The notes under the pieces are model-generated. The model saw only the letters and a program-made list of their open reading frames with translations. It had not been told where the DNA came from and searched no databases. A stretch of 64,000 nucleotides of DNA, from positions 128,001 through 192,000 of the forward strand of contig MTLY02000003.1 in assembly GCA_002011035.2 (NCBI GenBank). Direction: 5' to 3'. This stretch comes from Candidatus Hecatella orcuttiae. Lineage in GTDB: Archaea > Thermoproteota > Bathyarchaeia > Hecatellales > Hecatellaceae. Made by a program: the position numbers and the translations under genes. Numbering within the stretch: the stretch's first letter is position 1; each line of letters opens with the position of its first letter. This document shows, one piece after another, positions 1-9,823 of the stretch.

Positions 1-2
1 TG

Positions 3-326
3 TGGCTGTCGCAGTTTTTGGCATTTTACTTTGTTTTCAAAGCTTTCAACTACACGGTTCCGTGGACGGTTATCCTCCTCGGCTTTTCGTTTATGATGAT
101 CACCTACGCCCTCCCAGCAGCCCCCGGATACGTGGGCAGTTACGAGTTTTTCTGGAGTGTTGTGTTCGTAGGTTTGGGTTTAACCCGGTTAGATCTTTTG
201 CTGGCAATGGCGATCGTCAGCCACCTATTGGGGATCGTAGTCCAGATGGCTGTAGGCTTCTTAGGCTTGGTTTGGTTAGGAGTATCCTTTCAGGAACTTC
301 TGCGAATCCGTCCAACTCAGCGGTGA
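3..326 (+). CDS. C-terminal part of a lysylphosphatidylglycerol-synthase TM / UPF0104 flippase-like membrane protein (5' truncated by window edge)
   Basis: Hydrophobic helices and an LPAAPGYVGSYE motif (P..PG.G..E typical of the family); frame is open from the window start. Confidence 0.7.
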   Translation, partial: WLSQFLAFYFVFKAFNYTVPWTVILLGFSFMMITYALPAAPGYVGSYEFFWSVVFVGLGLTRLDLLLAMAIVSHLLGIVVQMAVGFLGLVWLGVSFQELLRIRPTQR

Positions 327-638
327 CCAAAGAACGTGAAGCGGGGATAGGCGTATCGGTGCGCTGGGAAGGTGGGGTGGGCTGCTGTGGGGATGAAACG
401 AGCGAATGCAAGGAAGATTATTGAAAGAGTTATGGCAAAATACTGAGATAATCTGTCTCTCAAAGGTTAGCCGCCTATCGGAAAGAATCCACAAATGCTA
501 CGACGACTAAACCCTAACATCGACGAGAGAGCGGAAGGACCTATATACAAAAGAGTTTGAAAACATGGTGCAAGCCTTCAAAAAACAGCCCAGATAAAGC
601 TTTATATTTTATACATGTTTCTCTTTAGGTAAGACTGT

Positions 639-833
639 GTGGATGGCTTTATGAAAGAAAAAAATGATAGTTTTGCGGATGCCTGCGTTCAGATCATCGA
701 AAAACTGGCCGGGAAAGAGTCTGACCTAGAACTGATCTTCAAAGACTTGACATTGGAATTCGCCGGCTTGAAATCCAAGCTAACAGGCACTATTGCGCTG
801 AACATCAGATACTACGCCAAAGAAAAAAGTTAA
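639..833 (+). CDS. Small hypothetical protein (ATG at 651 is the likelier start)
   Basis: AT-rich TTTATA element near 600; protein-like composition; 14 bp from the next ORF. Confidence 0.55.
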   Translation: MDGFMKEKNDSFADACVQIIEKLAGKESDLELIFKDLTLEFAGLKSKLTGTIALNIRYYAKEKS

Positions 834-847
834 CAGCCGCCCGGCCG

Positions 848-1240
848 ATGGGCTCCATGCGAATACCGGCATGGCTTACTCAGTTTGTGAAATCGGGAGA
901 AGTCAGCCTCTTCAAAAACGGAAAGAAAATTGTTGAGTTGGAGATAGAAGGACAAGAGTTCACCCTCAACCTTGAAGAGGCGAGTTTCTTAGAAAATTTG
1001 CTAAAAATAGGGGTTAAACCTGAGAAGAAGTCCATTATTAAAATGCTCAGGGAGCAGAGGAAATTTGCTGAAAAACTGAGAGAAGACGGACTTACAATAA
1101 CAATATCTCACAAGGGTATAGCCGTGTTAAAGCTGGGCGCAGGAGCGAATCCTCGTTTCACACGGTGGCTAACGTTCACCAAGGCCATCGAAGTCAAAAG
1201 CTTGGGCAAGCTCATCGAGATGCTCAAAGAATTAAAATAG
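848..1240 (+). CDS. Hypothetical protein
   Basis: 130-aa ATG ORF, Lys/Glu-rich, T-run after the stop. Confidence 0.65.
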   Translation: MGSMRIPAWLTQFVKSGEVSLFKNGKKIVELEIEGQEFTLNLEEASFLENLLKIGVKPEKKSIIKMLREQRKFAEKLREDGLTITISHKGIAVLKLGAGANPRFTRWLTFTKAIEVKSLGKLIEMLKELK

Positions 1241-1417
1241 GCCTTTTTCAGGCATTTCCAGCCTCTTTCCCCTCATTTCTGATTCTATCCCATTACCCGA
1301 AGTTCCTCTAGCTCCGGTAAGGCGGCATTTCTCAAATCTTTGAGAGCCGTAAAGTTTAGCCTGTAGTAAACACTTATTAATCAAGCATGCATATCAAACG
1401 TTAAAAGGCCTTCACAG

Positions 1418-4135
1418 ATGGTTGATGATTTTCCCGGAGAGCCGACGGTTTCAAGAGCTTTTGTGGAGCGTTATCGAAGGCAATTGCGTTGGATGCTTGT
1501 AGGCGTTGTAGTTCTCTTCGCCATTTTGGCTGCCATGAGCGACGTAGTTTGGTTTTTCTTGAACATCATGGAATTCGGTGCCCTCTACCTACGCCCCATC
1601 TATTTCACCCTTATAGGCGGGCTGGTCCTTGCAGCTGTGGCCCTCGTTCGGGTGGACTTTCGAAACAGGAGGTCCCTTACATGGTGGGCTCTTAGGCTTC
1701 TCGTGAGAGTTCTGCGTCAACGGGGAGTCGTGGAGGGTGTTCCAGCCGACTATTTTGACTTTAAAACTTTTAGGATGACTCCCTTCAACTTCGCCGCTTG
1801 GCAGGCTACCAAGGCCATCTTGGGGATGCTGGTTTTCGGAAACCTTCTCTTCGGCCTGTCCATATATGCCATGGCTCAGGGGTGGAATCCCGGTCTCGGC
1901 CAAATTTGGGGAATCTTCAGTCTTCCCTTTGTTAACCCCCCTCCTGACCAAGCCTACGCGCAAGCAAAAGTTATTCCCCTCATGCCGGCTTTGACCCTTA
2001 TTGTTACACCGATTCTCGGCGCCATAGGCGCCCGGCTTACCATCCTTGTCGGTGCAACGCAGATGGTTCGAGTTCTGATGCCGACGGCTGCTGAGCTAGG
2101 CGGGGAGACTCGGCAATGGGGATGGCGCATCGGCATTATTGAAGGCTTAATCGCTTTAGCTCTTTTCTGGGCGATGTTCAATTCCTTTTTTCCGTCTTTT
2201 ATAGATTACAATACCAAGTATGCTATCGCCGGATTGGCGGCGGCTGGAACTCTTTTCGCCTTCTTCAGCTACCTAGATCTAGTTAAAGGAAAAGGGCTTT
2301 TCATTCTCGCGCGCCGCCGTATTCTCACCCGATTTGTAGCTGTGCTTTTGATAGTCCTCGTCGTAGGCTCAGTTATGGCTGTCAACAACAACATAGCCGA
2401 CGCCAAAAAAGTCGAATGGCTCGGCCCTTACACAGCGCAGCAGATAGGGGTAAACCGTTACTTGGCGGAACTGGATGAGGTGAGGGAGATTCCTTACAAT
2501 TTCAGCATCACCCCCATACCGAGAGAGGCCATCGATGCCTATGGGGCAGAGAATCAGAAGCTCTTAAGTAAAGTTCGCCTGTGGGATTGGGGAGCGGCTT
2601 TCGCTAAACTGAAGCCTGAGATAGGGCTCATCCCCTACGTGGACTACCAAGACTCCGATATCCTCCGTTTCAACGGAACCCTCTATTGGAGCGCCTCCAT
2701 GAAGCCTATCCTACCTGAAACAGTTCGCCCCGGAGACAGGTGGTATGCGGAGCACCTAGTCTACACGCATGTGCCCGCAGGTTTTCTGATTTTGGATGCT
2801 CAAGAAGGTAGGATTGTTGATTCAGGCGACTTCTTCAAGCAGCGGAAAATCTACTACGGTGAAGGCGGTCTCTTCGAGGAGACATGGGCTGCTTATCCTG
2901 TGGACCGCGAGCGAAGCGATGAACTGTTAGGCCACTTTTATGATGGAGCTGGCGGCCTAGACCTTCCGCCGCCTTTGAGCTGGATTTTTGAATTAAACTT
3001 CCTTCTGGCTTTTGGGGATGAGACAGTTCACGTGATGAGGTACAAAGATGTTTTCGACAGAGTGAGTCTGCTGTTCCCCTATTTCCAGTATCAGTTTGAG
3101 GGGCGGCGGTTAGACATGCTGCCGGTAACCGATGGTGAGCGCACATATTATCTGATGCCGTTGATCGTGGCGCTCAATACAAAGGATGTGCCTTGGAGTG
3201 TCGGTAATCCTTTTATGAGGCTGGTCGGCTACGCCCTTGTGGACATCTACGATGGAAACATTCAGTTGCTCGTGTTGGGTGACGACTATTTCAGTGAGCT
3301 GTTTAAAACCGTCTACAGCGACCACGTCACCACCGAGGTGCCTGACTGGCTCATGTACCAGATGAGGTACCCTGAGGAGTTGTTTGAGTGGCGAGTTGGA
3401 ATGTACAATTACTACCACGTTACCGACCCCGCTACCTTCATCGTGGCAAAGGAATTCTTCGAGGTACCTCAAGGATTGAACACCTACTATATCATAGCTC
3501 AACCTCCGGACTTCCAGCAGCCTGAGTACGTCGGCCTCCTATCTCTCGAACTTCGAGGTGCGCTAGGCCGCAACCTAGCCGGCTACATGATTGTCCGTAA
3601 TGACTACGACCATTTCGGTGAGATGAACTTCTACGAGGTAGACATCAAGTCGCCGACGAAACTGCTCGGCCCAACGGCTGTGCTGGAGGCTTTGGAAAAA
3701 AATTCCGAATTTGCTCAGTTGAAAACTTTGCTACGGCAGCCGCGGATAGGGGACAATATCCTCTACAGGGTAGGGGAACATGACGTCTATTTCATCCCAG
3801 TTTACACGGCGGGCGCAGGAGGCGTTGTCACGGAACTCGGGGTGGTGGCTGCTGTGGGAGCTGCTTTCACAGGGGAATATTACGTGGGCCTTGGCTCCAC
3901 TCCCGAAGAGGCTTTCAAAGCTTTTCTAATCCAGTTGACGGGTGTTCAAGGCGTTCAAGAGCCTGGTGTACCATCTGCTGAGGCAGAGCTAACCTTGAAC
4001 GAGCTGATCCGGAAGGCGGACACGCATCTGGAAGCCTATTTAGAGCTTTGGGCGGAGGGTAAGTATCGGGAAGCTGGAGAGCGTTTCGAGCAGTTCCAAG
4101 ATGTATGGCGGCAAATACTTGAACGTCTAAGTTAA
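1418..4135 (+). CDS. UPF0182 family membrane protein (COG1615-like)
   Basis: 905 aa; N-terminal multi-TM region; RLWD, HLVYTH, IYYGE and RYPEELF motifs of UPF0182. Confidence 0.85.
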   Translation: MVDDFPGEPTVSRAFVERYRRQLRWMLVGVVVLFAILAAMSDVVWFFLNIMEFGALYLRPIYFTLIGGLVLAAVALVRVDFRNRRSLTWWALRLLVRVLRQRGVVEGVPADYFDFKTFRMTPFNFAAWQATKAILGMLVFGNLLFGLSIYAMAQGWNPGLGQIWGIFSLPFVNPPPDQAYAQAKVIPLMPALTLIVTPILGAIGARLTILVGATQMVRVLMPTAAELGGETRQWGWRIGIIEGLIALALFWAMFNSFFPSFIDYNTKYAIAGLAAAGTLFAFFSYLDLVKGKGLFILARRRILTRFVAVLLIVLVVGSVMAVNNNIADAKKVEWLGPYTAQQIGVNRYLAELDEVREIPYNFSITPIPREAIDAYGAENQKLLSKVRLWDWGAAFAKLKPEIGLIPYVDYQDSDILRFNGTLYWSASMKPILPETVRPGDRWYAEHLVYTHVPAGFLILDAQEGRIVDSGDFFKQRKIYYGEGGLFEETWAAYPVDRERSDELLGHFYDGAGGLDLPPPLSWIFELNFLLAFGDETVHVMRYKDVFDRVSLLFPYFQYQFEGRRLDMLPVTDGERTYYLMPLIVALNTKDVPWSVGNPFMRLVGYALVDIYDGNIQLLVLGDDYFSELFKTVYSDHVTTEVPDWLMYQMRYPEELFEWRVGMYNYYHVTDPATFIVAKEFFEVPQGLNTYYIIAQPPDFQQPEYVGLLSLELRGALGRNLAGYMIVRNDYDHFGEMNFYEVDIKSPTKLLGPTAVLEALEKNSEFAQLKTLLRQPRIGDNILYRVGEHDVYFIPVYTAGAGGVVTELGVVAAVGAAFTGEYYVGLGSTPEEAFKAFLIQLTGVQGVQEPGVPSAEAELTLNELIRKADTHLEAYLELWAEGKYREAGERFEQFQDVWRQILERLS

Positions 4136-4148
4136 ATGCATTCTAAAG

Positions 4149-4604
4149 GTGGGGGAGGTGACCGTGCAAAGGAAGCCTCCGAATGAAGACCTCATCTCAG
4201 CGGCTATTCTCCTCCTAGGCCTCATCGTCATCGGCTTCCTCCTCATACTCATCATCCGCGTGCAAAGGGGGCTTCTGGGAATCGTTCTAGCCGGTTTAGC
4301 TGTCTTCCTCTTAGTCTACTGGTTAAGGGAGCTCCGGAAAACAGTGAAGGAAGAGTGGTTGGCCGTTCCCGTTCAACAACAGGTAGAATGGGCCTACGAC
4401 CTTATTGACCGTGACTCAGAACTGATCCTCGTAGCCGAGGTGCCAGGGCCGGAAGACCAAGTTAAGGTTAAGCTGGAAGGGCGTGTGCTGGAAATAGCGG
4501 GCGGACATGGCTTTCACAAGCGGGTGAAGCTTCCCAGAAATGTGGAAAAACCGGAAACAACCTACAACTACGGTGTGCTTGAGGTTAGGCTTAAGAAAAA
4601 ATAA
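4149..4604 (+). CDS. Membrane-anchored Hsp20/alpha-crystallin-domain protein
   Basis: Two N-terminal TM helices, then AEVPG...YNYGVLEVRL alpha-crystallin motifs. Confidence 0.75.
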   Translation: MGEVTVQRKPPNEDLISAAILLLGLIVIGFLLILIIRVQRGLLGIVLAGLAVFLLVYWLRELRKTVKEEWLAVPVQQQVEWAYDLIDRDSELILVAEVPGPEDQVKVKLEGRVLEIAGGHGFHKRVKLPRNVEKPETTYNYGVLEVRLKKK

Positions 4605-4629
4605 CACGGAAGCCTGGATTTTCAGTAAA

Positions 4630-5547
4630 TTATCCTACCCTAGGGGAAGCCCACCCTAAAAGATTGGTTCTCCTAGGGCTGGCGCAGAAGGCGGTTCCGT
4701 CACAGGGCGCAGTGTTGAGCTTTTCGCAGGCTTCCCGGCAGGAGGCAAACCTCAGCCCGTGGGTGAGGATGAGGTCCCTGATTTTTGAAATCAGCCTAAA
4801 TCTAACCTCTTCCGGGAGGTATCTGTAGCCTAAGATCGCCTTTCCTTGAGAGTAGAGCTTTCTCAGGTTATGGGCGAGCTGAGGGTCGACTGCCTCCAAG
4901 CTTGAGAAGAAGCCTCTGACAGGTTTAAGGCTTGAAACCGTAACTTGCTTAACGCCTACCTCCTTCAAGGCAGTGGTAAGTTGCTTCAGATCTTCTAGGC
5001 TGTCGTTGAGGCCGGGGATGAGAGGGTCTATCCGTGCGGTGGTGGCGATTCCTTCTTCTGCCAGCTTTTCCAAGGCCTTCAGCCTCCGGCTGGGAGGCGG
5101 CGCATGGGGCTCGATGGTCTTCGCCACCTCGTCTCTGATGGTTGTGACGGTTATGGAAACCACTGCCCCCGCCTGTTTGAGGAGGCGTGTATCCCTCAGA
5201 ACAAGGTCGGACTTGGTTACGATGAGCAGAGGGAAACCATGGCCGGTTAGAGCCTCCACGCACTTTCTAGTTATGCGGTAGTCTTTTTCCGCAGGCTGGT
5301 AGGGGTCGGTGCAGTCGCTGAGCATTACAGACAGCTTAGGGCTGGTATGCTCCGCCATCCGTCCGATGGACGCTGGAAGGTTATGTCTAGGTTTAACGGG
5401 CCCTTGGAAGGATGGGAATTTCACCGCGTAACAGTAGAGACATCCGTGGGCGCAGCGTCCAAGATAAGGGTTCACATTGTATTTGGGAGGACAGGTACAG
5501 TAGGCTTGGAGGGGAGATTTAAACCGGCTGAGTTTCTGGGAAGTCAA
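4630..5547 (-). CDS. Radical SAM protein, spore-photoproduct-lyase-like (COG1533)
   Basis: NPYLGRCAHGCLYC (CxxxCxxC), DCTDPYQPAE, TKSDLVLRD, EPHAPPPSRRL. Confidence 0.85.
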   Translation of the reverse strand: MTSQKLSRFKSPLQAYCTCPPKYNVNPYLGRCAHGCLYCYAVKFPSFQGPVKPRHNLPASIGRMAEHTSPKLSVMLSDCTDPYQPAEKDYRITRKCVEALTGHGFPLLIVTKSDLVLRDTRLLKQAGAVVSITVTTIRDEVAKTIEPHAPPPSRRLKALEKLAEEGIATTARIDPLIPGLNDSLEDLKQLTTALKEVGVKQVTVSSLKPVRGFFSSLEAVDPQLAHNLRKLYSQGKAILGYRYLPEEVRFRLISKIRDLILTHGLRFASCREACEKLNTAPCDGTAFCASPRRTNLLGWASPRVG

Positions 5548-5553
5548 AAACGT

Positions 5554-6267
5554 TCAACTCTCCTCGACGGCTTCCTGTTCCTCCTCAAGAAGCCTTTGCC
5601 TAGCTGCCTTGAAGGGCGGAGGCTTGTAGGGAGAGTCCAGCACGGTAGCTACTCGTTCCGCCCTTTTTCTTCCAAACCCTTCCACCGAAGAAAGCTCTAA
5701 GCTTGAAGCCTGAAAAAGCCTCCTAACTGTGCCGAATCTACGGAGCATCCTGTCAGCCAACTTGATGCCAATCCTTGGCAGCGAAGAGGCTACTGCCAGC
5801 TGGGCTTCGCCTAAGCTGGAAATTTTACGCCTTTCCCTGACCACGGGCTCTCGGGAGCTGGGGGCGGTCAGTTGCCGCGTTATGACGTAGAGCAGTTCCG
5901 CTGTTTGGTCTTCTTCTGCTGTGAAAAACAAATGGCCTCCGAAGCGGAGGGAAAGGGAGGCCAAAGCGCCCCAGAGGGCGCGGGGATTCGGGAAGCTTTC
6001 CAAGGCGACGTGAAAGTCTCCCTCCACTACGAAAATGGGCTCCTGATAGGCTTCAGCCAGCCTTTGAGCTTGGTTGAAAAGTCTGCCTGAGAAAAGGGAG
6101 CTGAAGAAGTCGTGGGTTTTCTTTCTTTCCACAGCGTAGATGTCTGAAAGCACATAGTCTCCCACGGACAGGTTTCGGTAGACCAAGTGGACTCCGAGAC
6201 TTTCCAGCCGGAAGGGCACCCCGGAGGCTTTTTCTCTGTAGTCGGCTACTATCTTAATCTCCGTCAA
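5554..6267 (-). CDS. xpf: Short-form XPF/ERCC4 structure-specific endonuclease
   Basis: ADYRE, GDY, VERKKTHDF (ERKxxxD) nuclease motifs and a C-terminal HhH2 domain; no helicase domain. Confidence 0.9.
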   Translation of the reverse strand: MTEIKIVADYREKASGVPFRLESLGVHLVYRNLSVGDYVLSDIYAVERKKTHDFFSSLFSGRLFNQAQRLAEAYQEPIFVVEGDFHVALESFPNPRALWGALASLSLRFGGHLFFTAEEDQTAELLYVITRQLTAPSSREPVVRERRKISSLGEAQLAVASSLPRIGIKLADRMLRRFGTVRRLFQASSLELSSVEGFGRKRAERVATVLDSPYKPPPFKAARQRLLEEEQEAVEES

Positions 6268-6378
6268 CCCGTTTCATTCTCCGGATAAAATGAGAGGACA
6301 GCTCAGTCAAAGTTTGAGAAAGCCCAGTTAGTTAAAAAACCTTCCCTCTAAAAGAAATTGTAAGGTGCCCGCTTCAAT

Positions 6379-8565
6379 TTATTCGATGAAATCGCTGACC
6401 TTAGGCGGCTCAGGGGGCAGTCCTTTCCGTTTTCTGATGTTCCTGATAATCTGCCCTATGAGCGAAGATGGCACGTTTTCCCACCTGGAGAATTCTGTTC
6501 CCCAGAAGGCTCTTCCCGCCGTGGAGCCCCTCATGGCTTCGGAGAGGTCGAAGGTTTCGGAGGCAGGGATCTCGCCCACCACGTACATCAAATATTCTTT
6601 CTGCTCCATGGATAGGATCCGCCCTCTTCTCCCAGCAATGATCTTCGTAACGTTTCCTACATGTTCGGAGGGAACCTTCACCGTGACTTTGAGAATGGGC
6701 TCGAGGAGCACGGGATCGGCGGAAAGGAAGCTGGCGTAGAGCGACCTCCGAGTGGCAGGCATGATCTGGGCTGGGCCTGTGTGAACAGGGTCCTCGTGGA
6801 TTTGGGCGTCTTGAAGGCTGACTTTGACGCCTCGAACGATCTCATGGGCGATGGGGCCTTCCTCCATAGTCCAGTTGAAGGCTGAGATGATGGAGTCTTT
6901 AACCACATCCAGCCTTTGAATTCCCTTGGTCACATCGGTTAGGATGTTTCCGTGCTCATCCACTCTCCAAACGCCCTTAGCCTCATCGGGGTCCCAGCCT
7001 AGGTCCCGGAGGGTTTTAGCCATTCTATGTTTGTCGGTGTAGTCGGAGATTTCCCCCTTCTTTATCAGCTCTATGACCTCCGTTTGCAAGGGTTCCACTT
7101 GGACGAAGATCCTGTTATGCTTGTTGGGGGACTTACCCTCGTAAACCTGCCCTTTCTCCCTCACACTTTCCCTGTAGAGAATGATGGGCTGAGAGGTGAT
7201 GATGTCCAAGCCGGCTTTCTGAATCCATGTGGTAGCAATTTCCAAATGAAGCTGCCCCATGCCTGAGATCAGATACTCACCGGTCTCCTCATTTATCTTG
7301 GTCACCAAGTTAGGGTCTTCGATGGAGAGTTTTCTCAGAAAATCCACCAGCCGAGGCAGATCTTTGCTGTGCTTAGGCTCCACAGCCACTGTTACCACAG
7401 GCTCACTTATGTATTGAAGCCCCTCGAAGGGTACTACATCCTTAAACGTGGAGACAGTTTCCCCAGCCTTAGCCTTCTCCAACCCCAAAAGGGCGGGGAT
7501 GTTTCCACAGGGAAGACTGCCCACCACCTCCCGGAATTGCCCCATGTAGATACAGACCTGCTGAATCCGGTAGTCAGATTTGGCCCCTACCAAGTGAACC
7601 ACGTCGCCGGTGTTGAGGACTCCTGAGAAAAGCCTCCCAGTGGCCACGACCCCCGCTTGGGGGTCTACCACCACGTTGGTGACGCACATCACGGCTGGGC
7701 CGTCTCTGTCGCAGTTAATCATAGCCTGCCCTACTTCACTGTCAGGGTCGCCTTTCCAGATTTTAGGTATCCGGTACTTCTGCGCTACGTGGGGGAGGGG
7801 AACGTGGTTTATGAGCATGGGGAGCACAGCCTCGTGGAGGGGGGCTATCTTAACAAGTTCTCCAACCCTCTCCTGCTGATAATATTCTACAATGTCTGAA
7901 AACTTGATGCCCCTCTCCTGCACCATCTGAAGGGTCAGCCCCCAACGGTCCTTAGCCGAGCCGAAAGCAATGTTCCCCGCTGCTAGATTCACCTTCCACC
8001 GGTCCTTATACTCAGGTTCAGCGTAGATTTCAATGAGATTGTTGAAGTCTCGAATAATTCTAGTAAGCTTCTCCTGCACCTGCGCAGGGGTAAGCCTTAA
8101 CTCTTTAATGAGGCGGTCTATCTTGTTGATGAAGAGAATCGGCCTAACTCTTTCTTCCAGAGACTGTCTTGTTACCGTTTCGGTTTGAACCATGACTTCC
8201 TCCACGGCGTCCACTACCACCATGCAGCCATCGATAGCCCTCAGCGACCTAGTCACTCTCCCCGTAAAGTCCACATGCCCCGGGGTGTCGATGAGGTTGA
8301 TGACATATGGTCTGTCTCCAATTTCATAATAGAGGCTGATGTTAGCGGCTTTAATGGTCATCTGCCTCTTCTGTTCCTCTTCTAAGTAGTCAAGGGCTAA
8401 AGCCTGCCCAGCTACCGAGGGGGAAAGCAGACCGGCTGCGGAGAGGAGGGAGTCGGTGAGGGTGGTTTTCCCATGGTCCACGTGGGCGATGATGCCGGCG
8501 TTCCTCACCTGTTCTAGGTTTTGGACTATCTTGGTGATTTCCCCTGTGGTCTTGAACTTAGGCAA
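6379..8565 (-). CDS. fusA: Archaeal translation elongation factor EF-2 (likely TTG start at 8565; ORF extends to 8601)
   Basis: AHVDHGKTT, DTPGHVDF and NKID G-motifs; SPNKHN; diphthamide loop HEDPVHTGPAQ. Confidence 0.95.
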   Translation of the reverse strand: MPKFKTTGEITKIVQNLEQVRNAGIIAHVDHGKTTLTDSLLSAAGLLSPSVAGQALALDYLEEEQKRQMTIKAANISLYYEIGDRPYVINLIDTPGHVDFTGRVTRSLRAIDGCMVVVDAVEEVMVQTETVTRQSLEERVRPILFINKIDRLIKELRLTPAQVQEKLTRIIRDFNNLIEIYAEPEYKDRWKVNLAAGNIAFGSAKDRWGLTLQMVQERGIKFSDIVEYYQQERVGELVKIAPLHEAVLPMLINHVPLPHVAQKYRIPKIWKGDPDSEVGQAMINCDRDGPAVMCVTNVVVDPQAGVVATGRLFSGVLNTGDVVHLVGAKSDYRIQQVCIYMGQFREVVGSLPCGNIPALLGLEKAKAGETVSTFKDVVPFEGLQYISEPVVTVAVEPKHSKDLPRLVDFLRKLSIEDPNLVTKINEETGEYLISGMGQLHLEIATTWIQKAGLDIITSQPIILYRESVREKGQVYEGKSPNKHNRIFVQVEPLQTEVIELIKKGEISDYTDKHRMAKTLRDLGWDPDEAKGVWRVDEHGNILTDVTKGIQRLDVVKDSIISAFNWTMEEGPIAHEIVRGVKVSLQDAQIHEDPVHTGPAQIMPATRRSLYASFLSADPVLLEPILKVTVKVPSEHVGNVTKIIAGRRGRILSMEQKEYLMYVVGEIPASETFDLSEAMRGSTAGRAFWGTEFSRWENVPSSLIGQIIRNIRKRKGLPPEPPKVSDFIE

Positions 8566-8661
8566 CTTCCAGTAACCTTCTGTCAGCGTTACGGCTATCA
8601 CATAACGTCGAATTTTAAAAAGTTGTTGTTCGCTTTCCGGAAACCCCGTTTAAGCTTGCTT

Positions 8662-9261
8662 TCACTCGATAGTGGCATGCCTTGCCCTTAGGTCTTTCTC
8701 AGTCTTACCCAGTCTGCGCATCAACACCGTCACAAGGCTGTCTAAGAACACGGTGGAGGCTACTTCGAAAACCGTGCCCAAGGGGGCTAAGGGCTCATGA
8801 ACTCCCAAGATCTGTCTTGAAAAGTAGTCGCGGTCCTTCGCCAGTTTCGTTCTTCCCCGAACGATCACGGTATGATCCGCTTGCTTCCCTAGCGGGGAGT
8901 TGCGGTGCGAGGTGATGGCCACTATCTTGGCTCCCACCTTCTTGGCTATTCTGGCCGCTGTAACTATCACCGTCGTTGTCCCTGAACCTGATATGGCGAG
9001 GAGGATGTCGTCTCTCTCAACTGCAGGGGTTATGGTTTCGCCGACGACGTGAACGTTGAAATTCAGGTGCATAAGTCTCATGGCGAAGGCTCTCCCCACC
9101 AAGCCGCTTCGCCCAGCCCCTATGACCATGATCTTTTTATCGCTTCTTTTAGCTTCGATGAGAAGGTCGATAAGTTTGTTGACTTCCTCTAGATCCAGTT
9201 TGCTTACAGTCAGCGAAATAGACCGGAGGATCTCATCTATTACGGTTTTAAGTTCCTCCAA
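8662..9261 (-). CDS. hxlB: 6-phospho-3-hexuloisomerase (RuMP pathway)
   Basis: SIS domain: GAGRSGLVGRAFAMRLMHL, GETITP, ISGSGTT, APLGTVFE, C-terminal RHATIE. Confidence 0.92.
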   Translation of the reverse strand: MEELKTVIDEILRSISLTVSKLDLEEVNKLIDLLIEAKRSDKKIMVIGAGRSGLVGRAFAMRLMHLNFNVHVVGETITPAVERDDILLAISGSGTTTVIVTAARIAKKVGAKIVAITSHRNSPLGKQADHTVIVRGRTKLAKDRDYFSRQILGVHEPLAPLGTVFEVASTVFLDSLVTVLMRRLGKTEKDLRARHATIE

Positions 9262-9314
9262 CCCGCATCATCTTCAAGGAAGACTGTAGCCTTTGGGGAG
9301 ATTAAGCTTATGAG

Positions 9315-9737
9315 TCACCGAACTACCAGCACAGGGCACGAAGCCCACCTTATCACCCTTTCAACCGTGCTACCTAAGAGGATTCTTTTGATCCCGGTGA
9401 GGCCTCGGGTTCCCATCACGATAAGGTCGACTTTCGCCTCGTCCGCCAAGTCCAGTATGGTCTCAGTGGGCACTCCTTCGCGGATAAATTCCTCCACCTC
9501 CACGTCCTCGGTTTGAGCCTTTTCAACGATCTTTTTAACGGCTTCGGAGCCTAAGGCTTTCAGGTGCTCTAAGGCTTTTTCCCTATCCTCAGGCTTAAAG
9601 CCGGCAAGCGCGTGGCTGTCCACCACGTGGAGTATGATGAGCTTGGAGCCGAAGATTCTGGCTAGGTTTATGCCGTGCTCCGCAGCCTTAAAGGAACCTT
9701 GAGAGCCGTCGGTTGGGATGAGGATGCTCCTGTACAT
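9315..9737 (-). CDS. Universal stress protein (UspA family)
   Basis: ILIPTDGS, DLIVMGTRG..G, LLGSTVERV, CPVLVVR. Confidence 0.92.
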   Translation of the reverse strand: MYRSILIPTDGSQGSFKAAEHGINLARIFGSKLIILHVVDSHALAGFKPEDREKALEHLKALGSEAVKKIVEKAQTEDVEVEEFIREGVPTETILDLADEAKVDLIVMGTRGLTGIKRILLGSTVERVIRWASCPVLVVR

Positions 9738-9823
9738 GGCTTACAGCCTCCTTTTAGTGGTCGGGTTTTGAGTTTAAATTAGTTTCTATGTCTTCTAAAA
9801 AAGGAGGTTCAGAACCCGCCGGC

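Noticed and set aside
2-424. 140-aa ORF from the track
   Set aside because: Shadow of the flippase-like frame; composition is not protein-like
406-597. Possible degraded ORF (ATG 406, internal TAA 508-510, TAA 595-597)
   Set aside because: No recognisable motif; cannot be told apart from chance open frames
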